64,000 nucleotides of DNA from Adineta vaga (lineage: Eukaryota > Animalia > Rotifera): the NCBI GenBank assembly GCA_021613535.1, contig CP075493.1, positions 2,480,001 through 2,544,000 of the forward strand, in the 5' to 3' direction. The translations under genes and the position numbers were made by a program. This document shows positions 50,962 to 63,732 of the stretch, one piece after another (within the stretch, counting starts at the first letter, position 1; every line of letters begins with the position of its first letter). The notes beneath the pieces were generated by a model that was not told the origin of the DNA, ran no database searches, and saw only the letters and a list, made by a program, of their open reading frames with translations.

Positions 50962-51426
50962 ATGAAACCTGGTACTATCTGGGGTCTTTCACTCGGCATC
51001 GGTATACCAGGTGCACTTATTCTAATTGGTTTACTTGGTTTATTAATCAAATTTTTCATAAAACGTTGTCGAAAGAAAGCTTGGAATGATATTAGTACTC
51101 CCCCGAAACAAAGTGATTCAATAGAAAACGTTTTAAATCAACGTAAATTTCCTAAACGTACCTCATCTGATGTCAACCATTATATCAATCAGCGGTAAAT
51201 CCTGCTTTAGAAATATCTGAAGGACACATATCTATTCCAATGAATGAAGACGAGACTTCATCGCCTCAATCTGAACATACCTTTAGTCCAAATCCAACGT
51301 GATCGATTAAATCGTCTTAAAGAGGAAGAAAATCGTATTCGACCTATGTTACAATTAAATCGTGGTGAACTTGATATTCAAAGTGCGATTGATCAAGCAC
51401 AAAAAGAATTTGAAGAAACGGTATGA
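50962..51426 (+). pseudogene. Small single-TM protein gene with two apparent frameshifts (or sequence errors)
   Basis: MKPGTIWGLSLGIGIPGALILIGLLGLLIKFFIKRCRKK.. in frame A, SAVNPALEISEGHISIPMNEDETSSPQSEH in frame B, PLVQIQRDRLNRLKEEENRIRPM..QAQKEFEETV in frame C; I found no intron that reconciles them. Confidence 0.5.
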
Positions 51427-54400
51427 GATTTCTGTACATTTCGGATGATCTAATCAAAAGAAAGAAAAGAACGAACTGATCTATTGTGTTGTTTTTCGAC
51501 ATATTTTTGTTTTGTTTTTGTTTATTCTATTGCTTTAATATCAGAGTCTTTCATTTTCTATGTGAATATGTTGTTTGTTCGAATATTTTCATTTATAGGT
51601 AGGTACAGCTGCAAGCAAAATGAAACGTCGTCGTGATAAATAAGTTTGCTCAATCAAACAAAAAAAAGAAATCTAATCATCTATATCTTCCATTTGTTAG
51701 TGCTTCTTGCTTATCTTCTCAGATCTAGCTGAAGCTTTTTCGAAAGAATCAATCTTCTCCTTCTTCTTCCTCTCCATTTTTTTTATCTCTTTTTTTTCAA
51801 TTTGATGAAGTTATTTGTGTTTCTTACTCTTCGAGATTAAAAAAATTGATTAACTAACATTCAATTTCTATCAAAAACCATATTTCTTTATTCTGATTTC
51901 GGAAAAATGTTGTTACACAAATGATTCGAACAATATGACGAAACATCCGACATTAGTTGTCAAAGTTTATCAAAATTCTATTACTATTCTAAAACATAAT
52001 CATCATTTTAAAATGAATGTCAAGAACATTGACATTTTTCAATAAAGTTAAGTATGGACGATAAATAAAGAATATTTCAATATTACTTTTTTATTTCTCG
52101 AAAAACGAAATGTGTCCTACTGATGAATATGTACATATTGAATTGGATGAGAATGTTATCAAATATCGATGAGGTCATTGGAAAGCTGTCTTATCTTCAA
52201 TAAAAATGAAAGAATCTATTGATTTCTTCTTAAAATACAACAGATTAGACAAGACTAATGAAAGAAACCATGATAAAGATTATGATTTAGATTTTAAATT
52301 TGATAAGAACGAATCTCGAATTGTTTATTTTTTTCTAATGTTATTCTAGCGTACTTCTCCAAATTAAAGCACTTCTCTTTCTACTATAGAGAGTCAAATC
52401 AATTTTTTTTATTATATGTACTTTGACGAGTATGTAACGTATGCCAATGAGTTAATGTTTTTCTTTGAATGTTAACAGTTTTTGCATTTCTTATTCGTTT
52501 CTTCACCTTTTTTTGCTCTCTCGCCTTCTCTCTTCAAAAATCGAATATAAGCTGTATTAATATGAAGTACACTTTTGATGAGGATAGAGATGAATCAATT
52601 CTGGCAAATATACAAAAGATAATTTATTAGATTTCAACAAATGCTCGTCATGAGTGTGTTTTTTACGATTCGATACACATACGCATAACGTTGAGCAAAT
52701 AACTGCTTCGAGATGTCCTTTTCTTTCTCGCTCTCTTTCTCTCTCTCTTCCTTTTCTCCTGCCTATGCATAAATAGTGTCATAGCGGAAAGTTTAACGCG
52801 TCGAATGTGCTGTTTATTACACTTCTCTCTTTCATTCTAGTTGATGCCAATCCTATCAATGCATCGAGATTTGTCCTTCAATAATACAGGTAAAATCTAA
52901 TCACGTTTTTTTTTCTTCCTCTATATGCCAATGAAACGGTATAAAACCGCAGTGATCAATGTCAATGTATAATCGTGAGTATACAATCACGTAATAGAGG
53001 TTGCAAACGCGTTGAATCAGTTCTACTTGTCTTTGAAAAAGATTGATGAACATAGTGGTAAAGTTGTATTTAGCAAGAATGACTAACCTATATTAACGGT
53101 TTCTATGAAGAATAATCCGGAAATAATGTAACGATGTTGAACGATAGAGGTCAAAATGAATGAATAAGTTGTTCTTTATAAATCAAATCGATCAAAGTAA
53201 TAAATCTCAAATAGATATTTCATAGTTGATTCTAATCTGTCACTTCAATCGTCAATGATATATTCTTTAGTAGATATTATTTATTCTTTTTATTGTCAAT
53301 ATTTATCATAAAGATTTCTATCGAAATAAGATTTAATTGAAGGTATTCTATAGATATCATTCTTCGAATCGAGTTTAAATTTTCGAACAACAATTTCATT
53401 CGAAAATAACTGTTTGATGGATATGTCAACATCATTTCTCATTTGTTTATCTTTACGAAATAAGTAGCTTTCTACCCTAAGGAAGTTTCAATCGTCGATA
53501 AATAAGGTGTCAAAGAGTCTATAAAAAATGACCAATGATTCGATGAAATGTATTGTACGAAAATTCAATCGTTTAGAAAAAAACATATTTTTTTCTGTTT
53601 ATCAGTAGTTGATCAAATAAGATGCACCATGTGGGAGTGTCCTTGGCCTTTTTTGTTCTTTGTACATCGACATTTTACTAGTGACAAATGAATCATTCTC
53701 AGTGTTCTTTTTCTTCTTCTTATTTTTATCATGTCGCGACGATAAACGATATGCATCTAAAATCTTCTTTTTTGTTGTTTTTTTCTCTCTCTCTCTTCCC
53801 ATTGTTCTTCATCTTCAATCTATTAATAGCTTCTTCGCTTTAAAATATATTTGTAGAGAACGAGAGAGAGAGAACGGTGACTAAACTTCAGTCATGTCAC
53901 AATTTAAACTTGGAATATGAATGAGTAATAGAAAAGAACGACTGAACCTTTTCTTCTGTTTGCATCCGTACGACAATAAGATCGAACAGAGGCAAAAGAA
54001 AAAGTTCATATTCTTTCTTTTCCCCTCTCTCCCTCTCCTCTTTTTGTACTTCTTACGGGCAAATTACACTTCTTGCGGTTGGTCGGCCCGTTAGCGAGCA
54101 AACAGTAAGCGAACATAGAAAGTGCGCGTGTGCCATATATTTTTCGATCTCCATTCTCTTCTACTACCTTTTACTAGACAAGAATCGAAGAGAGAATAGA
54201 AAGAAAAAGAAAAAAAAATGAGTTGTTCTCTATGTGTATAGTCGAGTCACTGTCAACGGCATTCATTGAAAGAAGAACATAACCAGGTAAATTGTCACAT
54301 ACATCTTTTTTTTCGTCAATTCAAAAGTTCTTTTTTCTTCTCTCTTTCTTTCTCCATAAAAAAAATGATTGAAGTAATCGAAGACTGTAGTACAACGCAT

Positions 54401-54829
54401 GTAATCAAGCCTTCAGAATATGTTCTAACAAAAAAAAAGAGACGAGTTGTCAAATGAAGATTTTACTTTTTTTCTGCTCGTTATAATTGATTCATATCAT
54501 TCGTAAAAGAACAAATTCGTTTTTTTTTCTCTCATCATATCAACGTGTGACCGAAGAGGAATAGAGTTCGATACATATATAATATATAATGATATGTATA
54601 TAGGTAGGAAAAAATATGTAAGAGAACGAAAAACTATTGATTTTAGAATTTTGATCAAAATGTAACAGAAAGAAAGAAAGAAAGAAAAAAAACGAAGAAA
54701 AATAAACATATTCGTATTTCATACTTATGTTACGAAGACGTTGAATTGTACGTGTAGATGAACCTGAAGCTTTAGAAATGATATTTGATAATTAGAATTT
54801 TTCTTGTCGAATGTTCTTTTTAGATAATA

Positions 54830-57800
54830 ATGAAATTATTGATATTCATTCATTTTTTTCTATTATTTATTATCTCAATTCATTCTCAACAATTTCAATG
54901 GACTTTACTTAGTGATGGACAAATCGGAGGAGATGTACCTACTCCTAGACGTGATGCAGCACTTGGTTTTGATTCTTCATTTCTTATTTTATATGGTGGT
55001 AGAGATCAATCAGGAATGCCTAATCAAGATACCTTTGCATTCAATATTCTACAAGGTAAATGAAATTTATTATATAACTATGTTAATTAATCTAGAATAT
55101 ATCGATTAGGTTATTGGGAACGATTAAATTTTCCAAATCCGCCATCTAGTCGTTATGGTATGGCATTTGCAAGTTCGCCAGGTAGTGGTTTATATATATT
55201 TGGTGGATTTGGAATACAAGGTTCATCACAAAATTATAATCCATATATGGCATATGGTTCAAGTGGACTTCCAGGTTATAAGAAAAGTCCAGCGGTAAAA
55301 ACAAAACGAAGTCCAAATGTTATGAATAGACAAAATTATAACAACATGAATATGAATACTGGATATGGAAATTATCGATACAATGATGATCGTATCGATG
55401 AAAATTATTATCCAATGCAAGATGCTTGGTTTCTTAATTATATGTAAATACTTTTTTTTCCTCTGTAGAACAGATTCTATACAAGATTTATCGATTATAT
55501 TAGGTCAAAAAGTTGGCAAGAAACACAAAGATCTCAATATGGACGTGGTCTAGGTTCAGCTGCTGCTTCACCATATTCGAGTGGTATTCCTCGAGTTATC
55601 TATAGTATGGGTAAATCACGTGATTGGTTGTATTCAACTGTTGAAACAACGGGTCAAGTCACATCAGGTTATAATCAATACAGTGGAGGACAAGCAGCAA
55701 CAAGTAATATATCATTAAATTTCATCTTTACGAATCGATAGTTAATCGAATGTATCCTTTGTAGTTATGTATGATTTATCATCGTATAGTCCAGCGTATC
55801 CACATGCACGTTATGGACATTCAACAACATTACTTACTGACAACCATCTTTTACTCTATGGTGGTTGTTTAAGGTAAGAGAAAAATTACTAATACTCAAA
55901 TTAGTCATCGATTTCTTACTCATTCGATGACTCATCTGATTATTCATCAATGAACAATTAATTAATTTTTTTTTGTTGAACTTCAGTGGTTATGGTAAAG
56001 GTGGGCCATGTCCGTCGAAAGATACCTGGTTATTACATCTTGATCGAGGACATTGGGAACGACTTTGGGAATGTCCAACAACTAAAACCGGTGCTGCTAT
56101 GGTTACACTTCCATCATTTAGTTTGTGTGCTTCAATGGCTCGTCAAGGAGTAGCATTTGGTGCTGGTGCTGGTATGAGTATGGGTAATGAACAACCAGTG
56201 GCAGTTCTTTGGGGTGGTCGAGAATTTAATCCTTCATCTATTCGTGTAAAATATTTCATTTCATAGAGAAGATTCTTTTCATATTTCATTTCGTTTGTTT
56301 TTTTAGTCTTATATAAGTCCATTAGATGAAGTTGCAGTATTTAATTTGAATCAAAAAGAATGGATGTTGAAAAAAGCACGTCCTTCCGTAAGTGAAAAAT
56401 GCTTTTTTTTCTAAATAGTAATTGATCTTTCAATACAATTCTACAGTTATTCTACTACGCTTTTCTATATCTTAAGCACCGGTTAGTCTTCTAGTCTTTC
56501 GCTAATGTCTGTTTTTGTTACAATGGATGTTAAGATAAAGCATGATTGTGACTGCATGATAGCTGCCTGTCTTATTGTCTTTTATTATTTTTTTATTGAA
56601 TTAACATGTTTGATACAGATGTATTTATATATATAGTATCTATTTATTAATTTATAGGAAAATGGCTATCCAAGACAACGTGAAGGTGCTGCTTATGTTG
56701 CTGGTTGTTTTCAAAACACACCTGGCATGTTTGTCTTCGGCGGAAGAAGTGTCTCGTAAGTATTGATCATTAGAAGAGATATTAAATTCAAGCAAATTCT
56801 TACTTTTATAGTGATGGTCAACTTCTTTCTGATCTTTGGTTTTTACAAGCATCACCACAAGATGCATTGAATGCACAACGTTCCCGTGGATGTATATATC
56901 CATTTTCATACTATCATCTTCATGGAATATTTCAATTTTTTACCTATGGTATTATCTTTCCTATTGGTTATATAGTTGGTCGACATGCAGGAACTTTAAA
57001 AATTCGACGACCATTACATATGGGTTTACAAGTACATTGATAATAATAATTTGATAATATGATGTTTGGAAAATCTATTTATTTGTTTTAGTTATTTGGT
57101 GTTGCATTAGCTATTTGTGGTTTTGCTTTTGGTGTTCATTCAGTTCGTGCACCATCATGGCTTCATTTTCGACATGCACATGCAATTATTGGTATTATTA
57201 CTTTTATTCTAACAATCATTCAATTTTTAGCTGGAGTGTAAGTAATTGATTAAAACTATTATCTTTACTGAATTATTTTTCTATCGAATAGAATTGGTGC
57301 TTTTTTCATTGGAAGACATAGTGTGAAGAATGAAGGTTTTACTGAATCAGGTCAAAAAGTGAAACATGAAACATTTGCTTATGATAAATGGGGTGGTGAA
57401 GGTGTATGGCGTATTGCTCATCGTATTTTAGGATCACTTGTCTTGGCACTTGGTTTAGTCAACATATCGTTAGGTGTTTTTCTTGCTGTATTACCATTAC
57501 CTGTCTGGATTATTTGGTTTATTTATATGGGTTTTCTTGTTCTCATACTTGTTGGTATGGAAATTGCAGCCTTAATACGTCGTGGTAGTGCACATAAAGG
57601 AGCATCACTTAAACTACAAGGTAAGACGAGTGAAAATAATTAAATCTAAACTTATTATGAGAGATTTCATGCAAAGTTACAGTTTTAACTATAGATATAG
57701 AAAAGAAATAATATTCATTATTCCTTTCTAAGTTCGAATACGAAAAAAGAAAGAAACATGCCAGTCATTTATTCTATCTCTCTCATGTAGCAAGACGCGA

Positions 57801-58179
57801 GGATCCAAAAGGTACATCACAATCATCTTTAAAATATACAGATGATCCAACACAACAACATCCTAGAGCAGTACCAACTCCACGTCGTGGTATGAATCGT
57901 GTTCCGTTGAATGATTCATCCGCACGTGATAATAGTTTACCTCGACGTACTGGTGGAAGCTTTGGTGGCGATGATATGTCTCCACTTATAACTCATCAAA
58001 GACAACAAAGACCTAACGATGTTACTTCATCAGCTGGTCTTCCAGATTATCAGCGATCACATGAACGAGAATATCCAATGACAACACGAAAAAAAAGTGG
58101 ACCATCCGAAAGTGGAGGTTTTGATTATTATGTTGGTTACGCACCTGAACATGAACAACCTTTGCCGTATGTGGATTAG
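54830..58179 (+). CDS. Signal peptide + Kelch beta-propeller + cytochrome b561-type transmembrane domain protein, about 11 exons; possible extra terminal exon at about 58345-58499
   Basis: Signal peptide; Kelch motifs (PTPRRDAA..LILYGG, PPSSRYG..LYIFGG, PHARYGHS..LLLYGG, VLWGG, MFVFGG..SDLW); four His-bearing TM helices (YHLHGIFQ, RPLHMGLQ, RHAHAIIG, WRIAHRILG). Confidence 0.8.
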
Positions 58180-60659
58180 TTTCCTTCCCCAGCTTTTATT
58201 ATTGCTAAATTCGCATGCTTAATGCTATTTGTGTGTGTATTTGTGTGCTTTGCGCTGACGCTTTTGCTTATTTTATGCTTAATCACATTATTGATTTCTT
58301 CATTCATAATTATTTTCGTATGTTTTCTCTTTTTTTGATTGTAGACGATCGACCATACAGCAGCAAAACGAGCACAATCTCACTCGAGTTAGGCTCCAAT
58401 AAACCTCCATCTACACCAAATTCTCACCATATGATTTCCGGCCAATATTCTTCGTCCACACTTCGTTCGGACAGATTTCCTCTCTATCGACGAAATTAAA
58501 ATTATGTGTGCATGTGAGTGTGAATGAATATTTCTTGTTCTTTTTCTTCTTCTTTAATTTTGCTATTTCTCAGTGAAAGATCTACATATATATTGTTGGT
58601 TTTTCTGTTCTATCGTAGTTTATGATCATTATCTATTTACCAACATACTTCTTTCTGTTTTGAATTATTTTCAATCGCTACTTTCTCTCTTCGTATCACA
58701 CGACAGTGTTGCTATTCGTTTTTCTTTTGTTTTCTTCTCAATAAGCTGTTGTATATTTTCTGTTTTTTCTTCTTGAATATGTTTATGTCTATTTGTATGT
58801 ATTTGCTTTGGTCGTCGATATATTCATAATTTTTATATATATAAAACGACAAGTTTTTTTCTTTCGTTTTCTTTTTTAAAATGAAATCCAGATTGATATT
58901 TCAAAAAAAAATATATTGATTCTCTATTCGATATTTCAAAACGAATCAAATCATTATATTTTATAATACGTATGCATATCTATCAATATTAGCTTCATGG
59001 ATGTTTATTATTTGTTTTGATTGATCGAAATTTTATATTGACAATGGATAAAGACTCAATAATGATTTAGTCATCGGCTTATCATTTTCTACTGATGAAT
59101 GTAGATCAATCGAAAAGATCATGTCAAGAACATTGTTAACATAAGGTGTGTCTATCATGCTCGATGATAATAGTGTTGATTTTTGGTAGAATGATCGTTC
59201 AACTATACTTGGAATCTTTCATTCCATTCTAGTTAGTTTGAAAAAGACGGAAAATCTTTAATTACATGTTCTATAACGTATTATTAAAAAGCAAAAAATG
59301 ACAAGATTGTTTGTTACAAGATAGAATAACTTTGTTTCATTTAGTCTGACTTCTATGACGTCATACACATTATCGAATCAATTAATCAATTCAAAATATT
59401 CTCTTGAGACAATTGCTATCTATTACATTCAGGTACTTCTAAGTAATCCTATTAAATTCATTCATTTATAGTTGAAAACATAGTTATTGTATTGATCATT
59501 AGAACTTTCAGGACACATTTATTTTTCGTATTTAGATAATTCTATCATCTACATTTTTTGATAAAGCTATGACAACTTCAGATCGGCACGAAGAATAATT
59601 ATTTTAATCAAAATGGATTTGACATCGTTCATGAACACGTTTCTATCTTTGATCATATAAATTATATACGCATTTCAACTAAGTAACCTGTTAATTTTAG
59701 AGAATCATGAGTTCTCTTTCCTTTCATTTAAATATGAAATAGTCGAGATAGAAATTATTATTATTCGCTTTTTGTCTAGATTACCAATGACAATATATAA
59801 TTTAGTATGAAAATATTAGTACAAACCGTATAATGAGTAGTAAGTTAGAATACAAAAAAAAAGATGTCAAGAAAAAGCTTGCTTCTAGTTTTATTCTTCT
59901 TTCATCATAGTTTACAGAATCAGAATTAATGCAGTAATGTAACTCGAACGTGAGATATATGTTGATGAGTTATTGATTGAATAAGTTTCTCATGTATGGA
60001 ATTTTTCAAATGAACCGTACGTTTTTTTTCAAGTATTACTGAAGTAGAATAGACTCCATTTGAATACGTTTAATCAGCTAGAAGCAATCATTAAAATGCT
60101 AAATCAATGTAGAAGCATCGACACAATATCTCATGAGATATACACAGGAGACATTTATTATTATTATTCTTAACTAGATCATATTGTTCTCGAACTATCT
60201 TTTCAGTGTATTGTATATGAAAGAACAAATACTCTTTCAAATAAAAACAGCTTATCATCGTCATGAATAGAATCATTGTTATTTTCTCAATCGATTATTG
60301 TCGAAAATAACTTCTTTTGGTATTAAATTATCTACATTATCAGCAGAGAATCTCTTTTTGTCTAGTATAATATACAATGTAGATTCTTAGTGAGACTCCA
60401 TGATGCGTAATTGACACTTAAGATAGTTTCTTGCTTTTTTTTCATCGTTCTTACCATGATTAGATACCATGTCAAGAATATTTTTCATTTGTTTTTGCTT
60501 TGTGGTATCTCTGGATGCAACAAAGAAACAATCAGTTATTCAAAGATATTTTTTTCTTATATGGAACGATCTCTATATGGAATAACTCGATTAGAATGAG
60601 CGTTGCACGCATATTTAATATACAAAATACAAGAATTATTCTTCATTTTTAGTTCAAAT

Positions 60660-61228
60660 ATGTCTTTTCTACTGTGTGTTATATTCGCCTTATTCATCAC
60701 GATTTCAATCATTCATCCATCTGCAACTAGTTTGGTTCGTAAGTATCTTTCTCAATCCGATATTGTAATTGCTCTTCTTCATTTCATTAAAGAGACTAAA
60801 GACAATCAATATGAACAGTATAAACGTCTCTTATTTCATTCAAAACGCGCATCAGATGAAAACGATATTTTTGATAAAGTAATTCATCCATCATCGTTTT
60901 CAAATCAGCAAAATCTCGATTCATTAATCAACTCATGTATAATAAATCCTTGTGAAAATGGTGGTATTTGTATTCCAAATGAACAAATGAGCTATTCATG
61001 TCAATGTTCTTATCGTCATCATGGTCAACATTGTGAGAAAAGTAGGATAAAAATCATTATAATGACAATGGAAAAAATTGAATAGATACTTTCATTTTAG
61101 GTTCTAAACGACAATCACTTCGTCAATTATTGAAACAAGTCAAACGCAATATGAATAAACAACGTGACAGTGATGAAGATGATGGAGAAAGAGCGTATTA
61201 TGATTTTCGAAATGGAATCTATTTTTAA
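60660..61228 (+). CDS. Small secreted precursor with one EGF-like domain and several dibasic sites (exons 60660-61041, 61101-61228)
   Basis: Signal peptide MSFLLCVIFALFITISIIHPSA; EGF CIINPCENGGICIPNEQMSYSCQCSYRHHGQHCE; KR sites on both sides; ends ERAYYDFRNGIYF. Confidence 0.8.
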
Positions 61229-61917
61229 ATAAGACATGATCTTAACATTGAAAGAATAAAACAAAATATAAAAGAACAGATCATTTTTATTAGAAAATTT
61301 ATCATCACTCATAGATTGAACTAGGAGAATAATACTGTAAATCATAGTGTTGATGCTAATAATAGTAAAGGTAGCTTATTTGATTAAGAACAATGATCGG
61401 ACTTTGTAATCTAATGATAAATCAAATAAAGAGAACAATACAGATTACTTTGAGGTAAAACTGTACTCAACGTACGAATTTGTCTGTACGTATATTCCGA
61501 TTAATCTGCGTAATATATAGACTACAAGTAGACGATACGCCTATTTTCTAATAAGTGAGAATTAATCAACTAATTATATTTTAAGCCACAAAACTCGACA
61601 TAAAAAACAAAATGTCCTTAGCCATTTGTCTTCTCATAATGAATATTCCATAGTTATATTGATTGTTTTAAGCGTACTTTTCAATCATATACTTACAATC
61701 CAAACGAGACAGATAAATACTCGTACTTTGCATATATTACGTACGAAAATGACGATGCGTTTTGTTGTACATACAATTTGCATCATGGTTATTACTGTGC
61801 ATACTTTACCGTTCTTTTCATACTATCTCGTCATGGTAAAACGATTCATTCCTATATAAACACTATTTTTACTATACATTTTTATAATTTATAGTTATAT
61901 AGTACGATAAAAAAGAT

Positions 61918-62733
61918 ATGTCTTCTAAAGATCAATTGAATTCATTTGTTATTAATACTCTTACATGTCCTATAACACTTGAATTATTCGTCGATCCAGT
62001 TGTTGCTGATGATGGTTACACATACGAACGAACAGCTATTACAGAATGGATAAAAAATCATCATGAAACAAGTCCTATGACACGACAAACGATTCGATTG
62101 AAAGATCTAAAAACAAATCGTATCGTTAAACAATTAGCTGATCAATATCGTTCATCTTTAACATCAACTATGAGCAAAGATTTAAGTATTTTTCTTGGTA
62201 ATGGTACATTATTAACTAAACAACAACAAGTACTTTTCAGTAGTCTTTTTTCAAAACCAAAAAAATGGTTATTGATATACAAAGCAACACGTGATGGTTT
62301 TGGTTCAGGTGATTTCCACCGTCTTTGTAATAATCGTGGTGCTACATTAACGTTAATTCAAACAAGAAATCGTTTATCAATGAAAAAACGTCATACAATC
62401 TTTGGTGGTTATACAACAATTCCATGGTCTTCTCGATATGGATTCTATCGTGATTCACAAGCGTTTTTATTTCTTTTAAATCAACATCAATTGACTCGAT
62501 TTAATATTCGATCGAATGATGAAATTGCTGTGTCACATAATCTCATTTCAGGACCAATTTTTGGCTTTGATGATATTCATGTATGTCATCGATCGAATGA
62601 AAATAATTTTAGTCATTCAAAATTTCCTAATTGTTACGAAGATTCAGACGCAAATGGTCTAGGAAAAAAAACATTTTCCAAAGCAAAGCATTTCTTAATC
62701 AACGAAATTGAAGTCTATATGGTTGTTACATAA
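61918..62733 (+). CDS. U-box + TLDc domain protein, intronless
   Basis: U-box LTCPITLELFVDPVVADDGYTYERTAITEWI..SPMTRQ; TLDc WLLIYKATRDGFGSGDFHRLCNNRGATLTLI..IFGGYT..AFLF..GPIFG..EIEVY. Confidence 0.92.
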   Translation: MSSKDQLNSFVINTLTCPITLELFVDPVVADDGYTYERTAITEWIKNHHETSPMTRQTIRLKDLKTNRIVKQLADQYRSSLTSTMSKDLSIFLGNGTLLTKQQQVLFSSLFSKPKKWLLIYKATRDGFGSGDFHRLCNNRGATLTLIQTRNRLSMKKRHTIFGGYTTIPWSSRYGFYRDSQAFLFLLNQHQLTRFNIRSNDEIAVSHNLISGPIFGFDDIHVCHRSNENNFSHSKFPNCYEDSDANGLGKKTFSKAKHFLINEIEVYMVVT

Positions 62734-63071
62734 ACTTCTTTCCTTGTGACATTTTCATTTCATGTGCAGATAAAAGCTTTCATTGTTTAGAATACTTTTA
62801 ATAAAAATTCTTTTGTAATTTAATCAGACTAGTCGATAGTTATCTAACCTTATTACACAATACGATATATCTGTAGACGAAATCAATGTAGACACAGGTT
62901 GTCTATGTAACACTAATTCGATTTTTTGTTCTTTGTAAAACGAAAAAAAAACAAACGAAGTCAGCCGTTTATCTTCTTTGAAAAAAAAATGTCTCGTTTT
63001 TTTTCTGGTTGGTCACAATCATTGAAGTCATAGGTGTATGTCTCGTTTGTTTTTCATATGTAACGTAAACC

Positions 63072-63395
63072 ATGTCGAATAAAGTTGCTTTTACTATGAA
63101 ACTTAAAGCAAATGTTATTGATGAATACAAACGACGACATGATGAAATTTGGCCTGAACTTGTTGCATTACTTCAAGAACATGGAATATCAGATTATTCA
63201 ATCTTTCTTGATGAACCCTCATTAACTTTATTTGCTGTTCAAAAAGTTTCATCAACGACGAAATCTTCCAACGATAAATTACGTGAAAATGAAATCATGA
63301 AACGTTGGTGGAAACATATGGCTGATTTAATGGAAACTAATCCTGATCAATCGCCAGTTACACATGAACTTAAACTTGTCTTTCATATGGATTGA
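63072..63395 (+). CDS. rhaM: L-rhamnose mutarotase, bacterial type, intronless
   Basis: AFTMKLK..EYKRRHDEIWPEL..HGISDYSIFLD..LF..MKRWWKHMADLMETNPDQSPVTHELKLVFHMD is colinear with RhaM/YiiL over the full length. Confidence 0.93.
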   Translation: MSNKVAFTMKLKANVIDEYKRRHDEIWPELVALLQEHGISDYSIFLDEPSLTLFAVQKVSSTTKSSNDKLRENEIMKRWWKHMADLMETNPDQSPVTHELKLVFHMD

Positions 63396-63732
63396 AACTG
63401 TTTTTCTTTCTTTTTTCTTTGAAATATATTATATGCAATGGATGTCGCTAGATCAATAGTATATCGAAAAGATAATTATTGGTCAATAATTTACACCAAT
63501 GATTAGATAACACTTCCTTTGTCTTTCTATATCAACTTCATAATTGGGGATTGTCATTGTCTATGATGCATATTGCGTTGTCTAAATCTAAAGTTTAGAT
63601 CAAATGTTTTAGACTATTTGTTTCTCAGTCGGACGAATTAAAGAACAATTTTGTATAATAGTTTCGCTTTCTTGCAGATTGTCGTCAGTAATATTTGCAA
63701 TAAATTAAAAATATATACGAAAAAAAACGGCA

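Noticed and set aside
56388-56657. Possible microexon in the long Kelch-b561 intron (contains TGCATG and an internal gttagt donor)
   Set aside because: Candidate exons are 5 or 35 nt and break the frame, while the flanking exons already join in frame; not supportable without RNA data.
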